A stretch of 64,000 nt of DNA from an uncultured candidate division Zixibacteria bacterium (GTDB taxonomy: Bacteria; Zixibacteria; MSB-5A5; GN15; FEB-12). The stretch lies in the NCBI GenBank assembly GCA_963664195.1, contig OY760907.1:1536001-1600000 (forward strand), written 5' to 3'. The position numbers and the translations under genes are program-made. The notes under the pieces are model-generated. The model was not told where the DNA came from. It saw only the letters and a list, made by a program, of their open reading frames with translations, and searched no databases. Positions 29,363-39,295 of this stretch are shown here, one piece after another. Within the stretch, counting starts at the first letter, position 1; each line of letters begins with the position of its first letter.

Positions 29363-30463
29363 CTACGCTTCCGGGTCCGTTTCCTCGGCAGGAGTTTCGG
29401 CAGACTCGGGAGCGTCTGCCAGGCCAAGCTCAATCTGAACCTTGCCCATGATTTCGTCGTAGATTTCTCGGTTTTCCTTAAGGAACCGTCGGGCGTTCTC
29501 GCGACCCTGTCCGAGACGGTTACCTCCGTAGGAGAACCATGAACCGGATTTCTCGATGATATTGGCCTCAACTGCCATGTCGATCAGCTCGCCTGTGGCA
29601 GAGACACCTTCGCCGTAGATGATGTCGAATTCAGCCTCACGGAACGGCGGTGCGACTTTGTTTTTCACCACGCGTACGCGGGTCCGGTTGCCTATTACTT
29701 CCTGGTTGTCCTTAATAGCCGCGATACGACGGATATCAAGCCGGACCGAGGTGTAGAATTTCAGGGCGTTGCCGCCGGTGGTGGTTTCAGGATTGCCGAA
29801 CATAACGCCGATTTTCATTCTGATCTGGTTGATGAAGATAATCGCTGTGTTCGATTTGGCCGTGATAGCGGTCAGTTTGCGGAGTGCCTGCGACATCAAA
29901 CGTGCCTGCAGGCCCATGTGGGAGTCACCCATTTCACCTTCGATCTCGGACTTGGGCGTCAGTGCCGCAACCGAGTCCACCACAACGATATCGACCGCAC
30001 CGGAGCGGACAAGCGTTTCGGTGATCTCAAGCGCCTGTTCGCCGCTGTCGGGCTGAGATATGATCAGGTTCTCGATGTCGACACCCAGCGCTTTGGCGTA
30101 GGTGGCGTCGAGGGCGTGCTCGGCATCGATAAAGGCAGCTATTCCGCCCAGTTTCTGAGCCTCTGCGATTATGTGCAGGGTCATGGTGGTTTTGCCGGAA
30201 GCCTCAGGGCCGAAAATCTCAGTCACACGGCCGCGCGGGATTCCGCCGACGCCGAGGGCGTGATTCAGCCCGAGCGAGCCGGTGGGAATGGTCTCGACCT
30301 CAAGCACCTGACCGTCGCCAAGGCGCATAATCGAGCCTTTACCAAATGACCGTTCTATCTGGGTGATGGCCGCATCGAGCGCTTTGGTGCGGTCGGCGAC
30401 AGAAGTCGTGGAGGAAGCCATGTTAGACTTGCCTTTCTTTATGCTCATCTTTTTTCGTTCCAT
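29363..30463 (-). CDS. recA: Recombinase RecA
   Basis: [58 protein letters not shown]; true start may lie downstream of 30463. Confidence 0.99.
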   Translation of the reverse strand: MERKKMSIKKGKSNMASSTTSVADRTKALDAAITQIERSFGKGSIMRLGDGQVLEVETIPTGSLGLNHALGVGGIPRGRVTEIFGPEASGKTTMTLHIIAEAQKLGGIAAFIDAEHALDATYAKALGVDIENLIISQPDSGEQALEITETLVRSGAVDIVVVDSVAALTPKSEIEGEMGDSHMGLQARLMSQALRKLTAITAKSNTAIIFINQIRMKIGVMFGNPETTTGGNALKFYTSVRLDIRRIAAIKDNQEVIGNRTRVRVVKNKVAPPFREAEFDIIYGEGVSATGELIDMAVEANIIEKSGSWFSYGGNRLGQGRENARRFLKENREIYDEIMGKVQIELGLADAPESAETPAEETDPEA

Positions 30464-30473
30464 CTCACCAAGG

Positions 30474-30498
30474 TATACAAAGGTTGAACCTCAGTATA
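30474..30498. promoter_or_regulatory. Dyad-symmetric site overlapping the putative recA -10 element
   Basis: TATAC-AA-AGGTT-G-AACCT-CA-GTATA; the - strand reads TG-A-TATACT (extended -10-like). Confidence 0.45.
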
Positions 30499-30662
30499 TC
30501 ACATTTTGACTGCTCTCAAAATAACAATCTTGACTGACAGGGAGTGTCAGGGAAAAGTGCATCGATGCTCTGTTGAAACTTGACCGGCAAGGCTCCCGGT
30601 TAGAATATGCAAGCGACGATAACTGACATCGCTCGAAGAAGTATTTTGCCGGGAGGCCGAAA

Positions 30663-31304
30663 ATGAACCACTTCAAGCTGCGCATCCGATCCTTGCTCAC
30701 CCTCGCGCTCGTCCTTGTCATCTCTCTGTCCGGTTGTGGCTGGAAGCCCAGGATGCTCCATCCGTATACGTACTCCACCGGCAAAGTTCTCGACAAGGGC
30801 AAGACCGAGGTGTCTGTCTACGCGCCGTACGGTGCCGGCGGCAGTGTTGCCCATGGAATAGCCCCCGGTCTGGAAGTACGTCTCGCAGGCGGAGTGGAAG
30901 GGGACGATATCTATGGCGGGCAGATTTCATTTATCAAGTCGCTCACACGTCGAGAGACAGTGTTTTCCAGCGCCTCAATCGGATACGACCTCTACAGCGC
31001 CGACGAGCACGACTTCTCCGGATACCGATTCATTCTCGGATACACGATGTCATTGTACAGTCGCGGAGGCGGAGTCAGCTTGCATCTGCCGCTCAAGCTG
31101 TCTTATGTAGATTATGATTGGCCTGACGGCGCTCCGAATCATCTTACTTCGGGGGCAGGGGTTGTGTTTGTGCCGGGTATTGGAGTAAGCGCGCAGAGCG
31201 ATCACGTGGCACTACGCATTGCGTTCAATGCACCGACGCGCAGGTATATCGAAGACATGGAATTATATCCGGCGGGCGGTTTTCAGATAGCCTTGAAGTT
31301 CTGA
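30663..31304 (+). CDS. Hypothetical lipoprotein, possibly an outer-membrane beta-barrel
   Basis: Lipobox LSG-C; alternating beta-strand pattern; ends GFQIALKF. Confidence 0.7.
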   Translation: MNHFKLRIRSLLTLALVLVISLSGCGWKPRMLHPYTYSTGKVLDKGKTEVSVYAPYGAGGSVAHGIAPGLEVRLAGGVEGDDIYGGQISFIKSLTRRETVFSSASIGYDLYSADEHDFSGYRFILGYTMSLYSRGGGVSLHLPLKLSYVDYDWPDGAPNHLTSGAGVVFVPGIGVSAQSDHVALRIAFNAPTRRYIEDMELYPAGGFQIALKF

Positions 31305-31306
31305 TC

Positions 31307-31885
31307 TCAACCTTCGAATCGTTCGGAACCGAGCATTGATTCGTGCAGGCGGTCGTAGATGGCCCCCTGCGGGGTGAGAGTCGATTTGAATAGGACCAGT
31401 CGGTCCAGTCTCAGCGGAATAGGATCAAACCTGTAGGATTCAAAGAGAGACGCCAGCCCCTCCACACGGCGGCCTTGCCGCACACGTCCGAGAGTGAGGT
31501 GAGGTTTGAACGGACGCTTTTCTCTTTCAAAGCGCAGCTTGTGCATGGCGATATCTACGTCTCCAGCGATCCTTGCGGCTGTATCTAGGGGCCTGTGGCC
31601 CCCGGCCCAGATGACACGTGGACGGTTCAGATTCGGGAAGGCACCAATGCTGTCAATTGTCGATGACATTGACTGATACTTGCCCGCTATCTGATCCGTG
31701 GCAGCGATGATAGAAGGCACGAGTGCCTCGTCGGTGTCGCCGAGGAACTTGACGGTGAGATGGATGTTCTTTGATGCCACCCATTTGACATCGCGGGTTT
31801 GTTTGCTGAGGTCGGCGATGATGTCGCCGAGTTTGGACTCAACCGCATTCGTCAGCGGCAGAGCTATGAAGAGGCGGAGTTTCAT
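31307..31885 (-). CDS. thpR: RNA 2',3'-cyclic phosphodiesterase (2H phosphoesterase)
   Basis: RLFIAL, two HLT motifs (IHLTVKFLG, PHLTLGR), PRVIWAG; follows cinA. Confidence 0.93.
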   Translation of the reverse strand: MKLRLFIALPLTNAVESKLGDIIADLSKQTRDVKWVASKNIHLTVKFLGDTDEALVPSIIAATDQIAGKYQSMSSTIDSIGAFPNLNRPRVIWAGGHRPLDTAARIAGDVDIAMHKLRFEREKRPFKPHLTLGRVRQGRRVEGLASLFESYRFDPIPLRLDRLVLFKSTLTPQGAIYDRLHESMLGSERFEG

Positions 31886-33123
31886 CAGATATCCAGAATC
31901 TCTCGCCTCAGAATCTCAAGCGCTGCAAACACTGCCCGCTGACGGTTGATATCGCGATCGTTTCCCAGATTGAACTCCCGCGCAAACGTGTTGTGGGCCG
32001 AGGCCAGTCCGATATAGGTCAGCCCAACCGGCTTTTCCGGTGTGCCGCCTTCGGGGCCGGCGATGCCGGTTATTGAGAGCGCGTAGTCGGTGCCGAGTCT
32101 GTTGCGGCAACCGGTCGCCATGGCGAGTGCCGTTTCTTCTGACACGGCTCCATGTTGCTCGATAGTCTCCGCCGGCACGTCGAGTTGGTTGACCTTGACC
32201 TCGTTACTGTACGCCAGTACTCCGCCGACGAAGTACGCCGATGATCCGGATACGCTGGTGAGCGTCATGCCGAGTTGACCGCCGGTGCAGGATTCAGCCA
32301 CGGAGATTGTCTTGTCATTGTCTTTCAGGAGTCGACCGACAACGCCTTCGAGGGTGTCCTCCTCGCGGCCGTAGATATGTTTGCCCGCAACTTTCTCGAG
32401 GTAGTTGACGAGCTTCTGTGCTCGTTCATCAGCCTGATCCTGATCCTCGCCGGTGGCCAGAACTCGAAGTGTCACGCCCTTCGGCGACGGCAGGTAAGCG
32501 AGTTTGACTCCCTGCCCAAGGTGCAGGTCGGCCTTGATGATCTCGGCCAGTTTGGATTCCATCACGCCGGTCGTGCGAATCGCCACGACTTTGATCGGCT
32601 TGCCTTTGTTGAGACCTTTCAGGTAGGGGAGGACCTCATCGTCGATCATTTGCCGCATCTCAAACGGGACACCGGGCAGCGAGATGAACACGCGTCCGCT
32701 TTCTGCTATACAGATTCCCAGAGCCGATCCGCCCTTGTTGGGGAAGAAGCTCGCGCCCTGAGGCAGCAGTGCCTGATTCTGATTGATTGCCGGCATTTCC
32801 AGTCCGCGGGCTGCGAATCGTTGTTTCAGGTCTTCGAGAATGTCGTCGTGGAAGACAAGATTGCGTTTAAAGACCTTCACTACGGCGCGTTTGGTCATAT
32901 CGTCATCGGTGGGGCCGAGGCCGCCGGTGGTGATTATGATTTTTGCCCGCGAGAGGGCGAGTTTGAAGGCTTCTTCCATCGCGTCCAGCGAATCACCCAC
33001 CGACGAGATGTACCGCACGTTGAACCCGGCAGAGGTCAATCGCTCGGAAATAAAGGCGCTGTTGGTATCTATGTTAAAGCCGGTGAGTATCTCGTCGCCG
33101 ATCGTGATGATTTCTATATCCAT
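31885..33123 (-). CDS. cinA: Competence/damage-inducible protein A (MoCF domain plus PncC NMN deamidase)
   Basis: IGDEIL, DTNS, TGGLGPT.DD, AESCTGG, GAVS, SITGIAGP.GG..EKPVG. Confidence 0.96.
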   Translation of the reverse strand: MDIEIITIGDEILTGFNIDTNSAFISERLTSAGFNVRYISSVGDSLDAMEEAFKLALSRAKIIITTGGLGPTDDDMTKRAVVKVFKRNLVFHDDILEDLKQRFAARGLEMPAINQNQALLPQGASFFPNKGGSALGICIAESGRVFISLPGVPFEMRQMIDDEVLPYLKGLNKGKPIKVVAIRTTGVMESKLAEIIKADLHLGQGVKLAYLPSPKGVTLRVLATGEDQDQADERAQKLVNYLEKVAGKHIYGREEDTLEGVVGRLLKDNDKTISVAESCTGGQLGMTLTSVSGSSAYFVGGVLAYSNEVKVNQLDVPAETIEQHGAVSEETALAMATGCRNRLGTDYALSITGIAGPEGGTPEKPVGLTYIGLASAHNTFAREFNLGNDRDINRQRAVFAALEILRREILDI

Positions 33124-33212
33124 CAGGAATTCCTCGAATGGTACCGCTGCGTCCGTGTCTCTCTGTATTTGCCTGTCAGGGCATATTCAACAGATGATTC
33201 TTTGTGCCTAAA

Positions 33213-33671
33213 TTACATGAATTTTGGTGCAAGGTAAATGACAATATGCAAGGCGATATTGGCCTGGATGCCGGCGATAACGTCGTCCATTGTCACCCCC
33301 CAGCCGCCGGGCAGGTTCTCCATCTGTCTCGCGGGCGGGATCTTGACAACATCAAACAGTCGGAAGGCAAAAAAGGCCGCGCCGTACCAGACGATATCCG
33401 GGGGGATGAACAGCAGGGTAATGAACATGCCGGTCCATTCATCCATGACTATTTTCCGGGCGTCATGGCCAAACAGTTTTTCCGCCTCACCGGCGGACCA
33501 GACCGAAAGACCGAAACTGACAGCCGCTGCCACCGAGAGTCCGACAACATCGCCGCGCAGCAGAAACCAGCCTATGAGCCAGGCCGGGATTGTCCCCCAG
33601 GTGCCTGCGTAAGGCCGCATATATCCGCTGAAGAGACCTGTGGCAACGAACTTAACGAAGAATTCTCTCAA
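33213..33671 (-). CDS. pgpA: Phosphatidylglycerophosphatase A
   Basis: GTWGT, IVMDE, FRLFDVVK, GVTMDD. Confidence 0.92.
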   Translation of the reverse strand: MREFFVKFVATGLFSGYMRPYAGTWGTIPAWLIGWFLLRGDVVGLSVAAAVSFGLSVWSAGEAEKLFGHDARKIVMDEWTGMFITLLFIPPDIVWYGAAFFAFRLFDVVKIPPARQMENLPGGWGVTMDDVIAGIQANIALHIVIYLAPKFM

Positions 33672-33680
33672 GCGGTTACC

Positions 33681-34268
33681 CTATTTCAAGACGCTCTTGA
33701 TCATGTAGAAGTACTTGGCCACGTAGTCGATTCCGGTCCAGACGGTGACCACAGCAGTTGTCCAGAGCAGGCCGTTGAACCAGGGGCGATAGTCAAACTC
33801 GAAAATCCCGAATGCGTCGCTGTGAAAATGAGACAGAGCGCTGATAAGGCAGATGTACCCCATAACGACCCCGACAACAGTCATCTGGAGGAAAGTTTTC
33901 AGCTTGGCAAACCAGGTGGGCGGAATTACGACGCCTTTGTAGGCCGACAGGAGTCGAAGCCCGGTTATTGAAAACTCCCGACCGACAATGAACACCACCG
34001 GCAGAGGGGAGACATAATTAAGCGCGATAAACGATATGAGGGCTGACGAGACCAGTATCTTGTCGGCGAGGGGGTCCATGAATTTGCCGAACCCGGTGAT
34101 AATGCCGTACTTACGGGCATAATAGCCGTCGGCAAGGTCGGTCAGAGCCGCCACGATGAACAGGCCCAGAGCGATCAATCTCATGTAGAAATTGTCTATC
34201 AGGAAGAAAAACATGAAAACCGGTGCCAGGGCGATCCGCAGCAGGGTCAATGTGTTGGGCATATTCAT
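33681..34268 (-). CDS. pgsA: CDP-diacylglycerol--glycerol-3-phosphate 3-phosphatidyltransferase
   Basis: PNTLTLLR, TDLADGYYARK, FGKFMDPLADK, RE...GLR, K.KT..QM. Confidence 0.93.
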   Translation of the reverse strand: MNMPNTLTLLRIALAPVFMFFFLIDNFYMRLIALGLFIVAALTDLADGYYARKYGIITGFGKFMDPLADKILVSSALISFIALNYVSPLPVVFIVGREFSITGLRLLSAYKGVVIPPTWFAKLKTFLQMTVVGVVMGYICLISALSHFHSDAFGIFEFDYRPWFNGLLWTTAVVTVWTGIDYVAKYFYMIKSVLK

Positions 34269-34588
34269 GGTTAGCAATAATATAGCATCTCAAGGGCCTC
34301 GTCAAGCAGTGAGGCAGATGGGGGCAGTTGTCAGCCGGGTGCCCCCCTTTCGCTTGGCGTGGGGATGTTGTGGGGCGGGGATGGACGCCCTTCCTTTGAA
34401 ATATCAAGGAGGCAAAAAGTTTTATATTGTCTGGATTGGCGTTTGGCTGGTGTCGGAGATTCTGCGCCGAAACGGCGGTTTGGCTGGAAGAGGGGGGCTT
34501 GTTGGGCTATCTGGCGCTGGCACCGTCGTCTATTGGAGATCGGGATAAAAGCCCTAAGATGTTTGCTGTCAACGTATTAAAGGGGAAT

Positions 34589-34670
34589 AAAAAACCCAGG
34601 CAAGTTGGTCGACCTACCTGGGTGGACGATATTAGGTAATCCACAGAAAGAGTAACACTTTCCGATTGCA
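34589..34670 (-). ncRNA. Candidate small RNA of about 80 nt
   Basis: - strand promoter TTGACA(34704-34699)-17 nt-TATCTT(34681-34676), then a terminator hairpin at 34622-34595 with a U6 tail; no credible CDS. Confidence 0.45.
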
Positions 34671-34841
34671 TTCAGAAGATAGCGGAAGGTGTTGATTTTG
34701 TCAAGGGAAAAATGGTCTTCTATGAAGAATCGGTTGGGGGCTTCAGTCAAGTTTTTTTTTCGGGTATTTTGTGTTCTGGGGGTGGTTTGACCGAACGATC
34801 GTCCTCGAAGTGCTTATCAGATCGGGCGGCAGGTGTATGCT

Positions 34842-34940
34842 GGAGTCGTCAGACGGGGTCGTCTAGCTGTACTTAGCGGGAAAACTCAGAATACTTCTCC
34901 CCCTGATACGTGTCGTCAGACGACCCCGTCTGACGACTAC
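34842..34940. repeat. Inverted REP doublet, family B (GTAGTCGTCAGACGGGGTCGTCTGACGAC)
   Basis: Full palindrome at 34910-34940 with GTAG on the - strand; truncated inverted partner at 34842-34864. Confidence 0.7.
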
Positions 34941-34950
34941 TTACTTGCAC

Positions 34951-34999
34951 AAAAGAAGACACCGGGATGAAAGGAGGAGAAAGCCTTTCAGTCCCGGTG
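34951..34999 (-). terminator. Intrinsic terminator of nrdJ
   Basis: CACCGGGA-TGAAAGG/CCTTTCA-GTCCCGGTG stem followed on the - strand by TCTTCTTTT. Confidence 0.7.
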
Positions 35000-35029
35000 C
35001 CTCTTACACAGGAATGTAGGTCGGGTCGA

Positions 35030-38000
35030 TCAGGAACAGCCTGAAGTAGCGCCGCATGTGTCGCACTTCAAGCATGTACCATTGCGGACCATTGTGAACA
35101 GTCCACATTCAGCACACATATCCCCTTCGTACCCTCTCAGTCGCGCGAGTCGGATTTCTTGTTGGAGACGGTACTCTCCCGCTTTGTCTTCTCGGGTTTC
35201 GCCTGTCGACACAAACTCAAGCACCGTCTTCGACTGCGCATCTGCTGTTGCAACCGGAGCGTCCATCTGCTCACCATTACCGTTACCTCCGGGTTTCCTG
35301 TCGATCAAGACCGTCTTGACTGCGCATCTGCGTTGCAACCGGAGCGTCCATCTGTTTACCGTTCTCCTCCGTTGACCGTTGCCGCCGTTCCCGTTTGTTC
35401 CCCCGTTATTTTTGTGACTCTCGCCGGTGGCGTCAAACCGCAGGTGAGAGCTATAAATATCCGTGTTACTGCGTCTTGCATCATTCAACTGTCCGGTGAC
35501 ACTGGCTGTGGCCGGTTCCTCGGCCTCAAACTCAATCGACTCGTCTTTCGGTGTTCCGAGAGTATCCGAGCGAAGATCCTCCGGTTTGATATGAGCCAGA
35601 TCGGTTCGGTCGAGGTAGGTGATGGCCAACTCACGGAAGATGTAGTCGATGATTGAGGTGGCCATTTTGATGGACTTGTTGCCGTTGACCATGCCGCTTG
35701 GTTCAAAGCGACTGAACAGGAAAGCCTCGACAAACTCCTCGAGCGGTACGCCGTGCTGAAGGCCCAGCGATACTGCTATTGCAAAGCTGTTCATCAGCGA
35801 CCGGAACGCAGCGCCCTCACGATGCATGTCGAGGAAGATTTCGCCGAGCGTACCGTCGGTGTATTCTCCGGTCCGCAGATATACTTTGTGTCCGCCAACC
35901 ACTGCTTTCTGCGTGTAGCCTGCGCGGCGGTGCGGGAGCTTGCGGCGTTTGGCGATGTAACGATACATGAGCCGTTCGCTCATCTTGCGCGCGGCATGCT
36001 GGACCGAGACGTTTTCTTCATCGCCGGAATCGTCGCCGTCGTCAAACAGAGAAGAACTGAGGGGCTGGCTGAGTTTGGAACCGTCGCGGTAAAGCGCCAC
36101 CGATTTGTTCATCGATTCCCAGGCCAGCATATAGGCTTTTTTGACTTCTTCAATGGTCGCCTCGGCTGGCATGTTAATCGTCTTGGAGATGGCTCCGGAT
36201 ATGAACGGCTGAGCGGCCGCCATCATTCTGATATGAGCTTCGAATTTGATGAAGCGTGTTCCCCGATGACCACACCTGTTGGCGCAGTCAAAAATCGGCA
36301 GGTGGGATTCCTTGATTTTCGGTGCGCCCTCGAGGGTCATCGTACCACAGCAGTATTCGTTGGCCGCGTCGATTTGCTCCTTGGTGAATCCGAGTTCGCG
36401 AAGCAGGTTGAAATCCCAAGCGTCGACAGTTTTGGCATCGAATCCGAGCGTGTCATGTACAAACTCTTCGCCGAGCACGTGTTTATTAAAGGCGAAACTG
36501 ATATCAAACACGTTTTCGAGCGCCGTTTCGAGTTTGTCGAGTTCTTCATCGCTGAATCCTTTTGCTTTCAGCGATTCATGGTTCACGTACGGTGACTGTT
36601 TGAGTGTCTTGTGACCGGTGGCGTACGTGATGATTGCTCTGACTTCGTCTTCGGAGTAGCCGAGTCTTTTGAGGGCAATCGGAACGGACCTGTTGATGAT
36701 CTTGAAATAGCCGCCGCCGGCGAGCTTTTTGAATTTCACCAGCGAGAAGTCCGGTTCGATACCGGTTGTGTCGCAGTCCATCAGCAAGCCGATTGTGCCG
36801 GTCGGTGCTACGACTGTTGTTTGCGCGTTGCGGTAGCCGTGTACCTCGCCTTGTTCTACCGCTTCATCCCATACCGTTCGGGCAGCCTGTACCAGATTTT
36901 CAGGAAGATAATTCGGATTAATTCCCATTGGTTTGATGGTCAGGTTCTCGTATTCGGAGCGGTCAGAATTATAGGCCGCCCGACGGTGATTGCGCATTAC
37001 CCGCAGCATGTGGTCGCGGTTGCGATAATAGCCGGGGAACGGACCCAGCTCACGGGACATCTCGGCGGAAGTCACGTAAGCCTGTCCGGTCAGGATGGCT
37101 GAAATCGCCCCTGCCCACGCGTAGCCGCGAGAGGAATCGTACGGTATGCCAAGACGCATCAGCATCGTGCCAAGATTGGCGAACCCGAGGCCGAGCGTGC
37201 GAAACTCGTAGCTTTTTTGTGCGATAGCCTGCGACGGGAACGAGGCCATCAGCACCGATATCTCCAGCACTACTGTCCAGACGCGGGCAGCGTGGCGGAA
37301 ACCGTCGATATCAAACACGCCGTCGTCGTCAAGAAACTTGGCCAGATTGAGCGAGGCCAGGTTGCAGGCTGTGTCATCGAGGAACATGTATTCCGAACAC
37401 GGATTGGAGGCGTTGATGCGTCCGTCTTCGGGACAGGTGTGCCATTCATTAATGGTACTGTCGAATTGGACACCCGGATCGGCGCAGGCCCAGGCGGCGT
37501 GACAAATCTTCTCCCAGAGGTCATCGGCGGAAACTGTAGAGGCGATGTCTCCGTTGGTGCGGAATCTCAGCGGCCAGTCTTCGTGGGCTTTCAGTTTCCT
37601 GAAGAACTCGTTCGGGATGCGGACGGAGTTGTTTGAATTCTGTCCTGCGACCGTAACGTAGGACTCGTTTTCCCAATTGGTATCCATATCGATGAAATCG
37701 ATTTCCTGGATACCCTGTACGGCAAGTTCCATAACTTTGCGGATGTACGTAGCCGGAACCTGGAACTGGCGTGCAGTGGCGAGTGCCCGTTTGAGGGACT
37801 TATTTTTCTTCGGGTCGATTTCACAGCAGGTTTTGCCGTGTTTGTCGGTCATGTTGGTGGCTTCAAAAATCTTCTTGAGTTGAATGCTGATGATTTTCGA
37901 GCCGGCAACGAGTGCGGCGACTTTCTGTTCCTCGACTACTTTCCAATTGACGAACTCTTCAATATCGGGGTGATCCAGGTCGAGGGTGACCATTTTGGCT

Positions 38001-38782
38001 GCGCGACGTGTGGTGCCGCCGGACTTGATAGCGCCTGCCGCACGATCGCCGATCTTGAGGAACGACATGAGACCGGAGGACTTTCCTCCGCCGGAGAGCG
38101 GTTCACCGCCGCCGCGGATTTTGGAGAAATTGGAGCCAGTGCCGGAGCCGTACTTGAACAAGCGTGCCTCACGCACCCAGAGATCCATGATGCCGCCCTC
38201 GTTGACAAGATCGTCAGAGACGGACTGGATGAAACAGGCGTGTGGCTGCGGGTGTTCGTAGGCGTTTTTTGCCTGCGTCATGGTGTGCGTGTTGGGGTCT
38301 ACAAAGTAGTGTCCCTGCGCCACGCCGGAAATGCCATAAGATTGATACAGTCCGGTATTGAACCATTGCGGGGAGTTCGGAGCTGAAATCTGTGCAGCGA
38401 GCATGTAGAGAAGCTCGTCCTCGAATATCTGAGCGTCGTTCTCGGACTCAAAATACCCGTTTTGCTCGCCCCAGTGTCGCCAGCAACCGGCCAGGCGCCG
38501 GAAAATCTGACGGGCGTCAGTCTCGCCACCGGTTTTCTGTCTGCCGTTTTCATCGAGTTCGGGATTGCCCTGCGCATCGACCTGCGGCACTCCCGCTTTG
38601 CGGAAGTATTTTTGTGCCAAGATGTCAACGGCCACGGTGGACCAACTGTCCGGTACCTGGATATTGTCCAGTTTGAACACGGTTGATCCGTCCGGGTCTT
38701 TGATCTCCGAAGAACGCCCGACAAAATTAAACCGGGCAAAGGGCGATTCACCTTCGCGGGTAAAATATCGCTGAAACTTCAA
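35030..38782 (-). CDS. nrdJ: Vitamin B12-dependent (class II) ribonucleotide reductase with C-terminal TSCPD/Zn-ribbon region
   Basis: [46 protein letters not shown]-terminal CxxC...CxxC...GCS; TTG start after CAGGAGG. Confidence 0.96.
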   Translation of the reverse strand: MKFQRYFTREGESPFARFNFVGRSSEIKDPDGSTVFKLDNIQVPDSWSTVAVDILAQKYFRKAGVPQVDAQGNPELDENGRQKTGGETDARQIFRRLAGCWRHWGEQNGYFESENDAQIFEDELLYMLAAQISAPNSPQWFNTGLYQSYGISGVAQGHYFVDPNTHTMTQAKNAYEHPQPHACFIQSVSDDLVNEGGIMDLWVREARLFKYGSGTGSNFSKIRGGGEPLSGGGKSSGLMSFLKIGDRAAGAIKSGGTTRRAAKMVTLDLDHPDIEEFVNWKVVEEQKVAALVAGSKIISIQLKKIFEATNMTDKHGKTCCEIDPKKNKSLKRALATARQFQVPATYIRKVMELAVQGIQEIDFIDMDTNWENESYVTVAGQNSNNSVRIPNEFFRKLKAHEDWPLRFRTNGDIASTVSADDLWEKICHAAWACADPGVQFDSTINEWHTCPEDGRINASNPCSEYMFLDDTACNLASLNLAKFLDDDGVFDIDGFRHAARVWTVVLEISVLMASFPSQAIAQKSYEFRTLGLGFANLGTMLMRLGIPYDSSRGYAWAGAISAILTGQAYVTSAEMSRELGPFPGYYRNRDHMLRVMRNHRRAAYNSDRSEYENLTIKPMGINPNYLPENLVQAARTVWDEAVEQGEVHGYRNAQTTVVAPTGTIGLLMDCDTTGIEPDFSLVKFKKLAGGGYFKIINRSVPIALKRLGYSEDEVRAIITYATGHKTLKQSPYVNHESLKAKGFSDEELDKLETALENVFDISFAFNKHVLGEEFVHDTLGFDAKTVDAWDFNLLRELGFTKEQIDAANEYCCGTMTLEGAPKIKESHLPIFDCANRCGHRGTRFIKFEAHIRMMAAAQPFISGAISKTINMPAEATIEEVKKAYMLAWESMNKSVALYRDGSKLSQPLSSSLFDDGDDSGDEENVSVQHAARKMSERLMYRYIAKRRKLPHRRAGYTQKAVVGGHKVYLRTGEYTDGTLGEIFLDMHREGAAFRSLMNSFAIAVSLGLQHGVPLEEFVEAFLFSRFEPSGMVNGNKSIKMATSIIDYIFRELAITYLDRTDLAHIKPEDLRSDTLGTPKDESIEFEAEEPATASVTGQLNDARRSNTDIYSSHLRFDATGESHKNNGGTNGNGGNGQRRRTVNRWTLRLQRRCAVKTVLIDRKPGGNGNGEQMDAPVATADAQSKTVLEFVSTGETREDKAGEYRLQQEIRLARLRGYEGDMCAECGLFTMVRNGTCLKCDTCGATSGCS

Positions 38783-38965
38783 GAAGTACCTCCTGTACCC
38801 TCAATCCCCGACCAAAAAACAGGGACAACCCATCCTCAAGATACCGATTTCATTGGCCGCAATCCTTTTGTCAGCCAGGTGTGAGTGAAAATCCGTATCA
38901 GTCCTCGTGTTTTCGTTCCAAAGTCGATCTGGGGGCTAGTTACTCTGCTTCCATCCTCCTGTGTG

Positions 38966-39012
38966 GCACAATATATTGTGGTTGGAGATTTCAACACCAC
39001 CAAAAATTGTGG
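38966..39012. promoter_or_regulatory. Tandem NrdR boxes
   Basis: CACAATATATTGTG (38967-38980) and CACCAAAAATTGTG (38998-39011), starts 31 bp apart, upstream of nrdJ; fits the acaCwAtATaTwGtg consensus and typical spacing. Confidence 0.85.
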
Positions 39013-39177
39013 CAAAATCGCAAAAAACCTGTATTCCCTTGATATTCAAGTATCTATCAAAAGAGGACAATAATGGGGATTTGATGTCGAAGCGCACGAT
39101 CTGCGATTACTCACGTTTCAGGTGTCAGTAATGTGTTGTTTTACAGTGAGTTAGTCGCCCGGAAATTATCTGCGGAG

Positions 39178-39295
39178 TTTTCCACAATGCCAATTGCAAT
39201 TCGCGACAGCTTAATCGACTGATTATCAGTAAGTTACGCGACCGAGGAAAAGTCTTCCACATCCTGTCCACATGTTGTTGACAAAATGTGGGGGA
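39178..39295. promoter_or_regulatory. Cluster of DnaA-box-like 9-mers with an IHF-consensus site
   Basis: TTTTCCACA 39178, TCTTCCACA 39253, CTGTCCACA 39264, TGTTGACAA 39276 (reverse); TATCAGTAAGTTA 39224-39236 matches WATCARNNNNTTR. Confidence 0.45.

Noticed and set aside
34507..34671. Leaderless ~54-codon minus-strand ORF starting near the sRNA candidate start
   Set aside because: It would read through the terminator hairpin and U-tract and has no recognisable features.
35030..38782. Intein in nrdJ
   Set aside because: The length fits a long-form NrdJ with a TSCPD region; no intein splice-junction or LAGLIDADG motifs seen.
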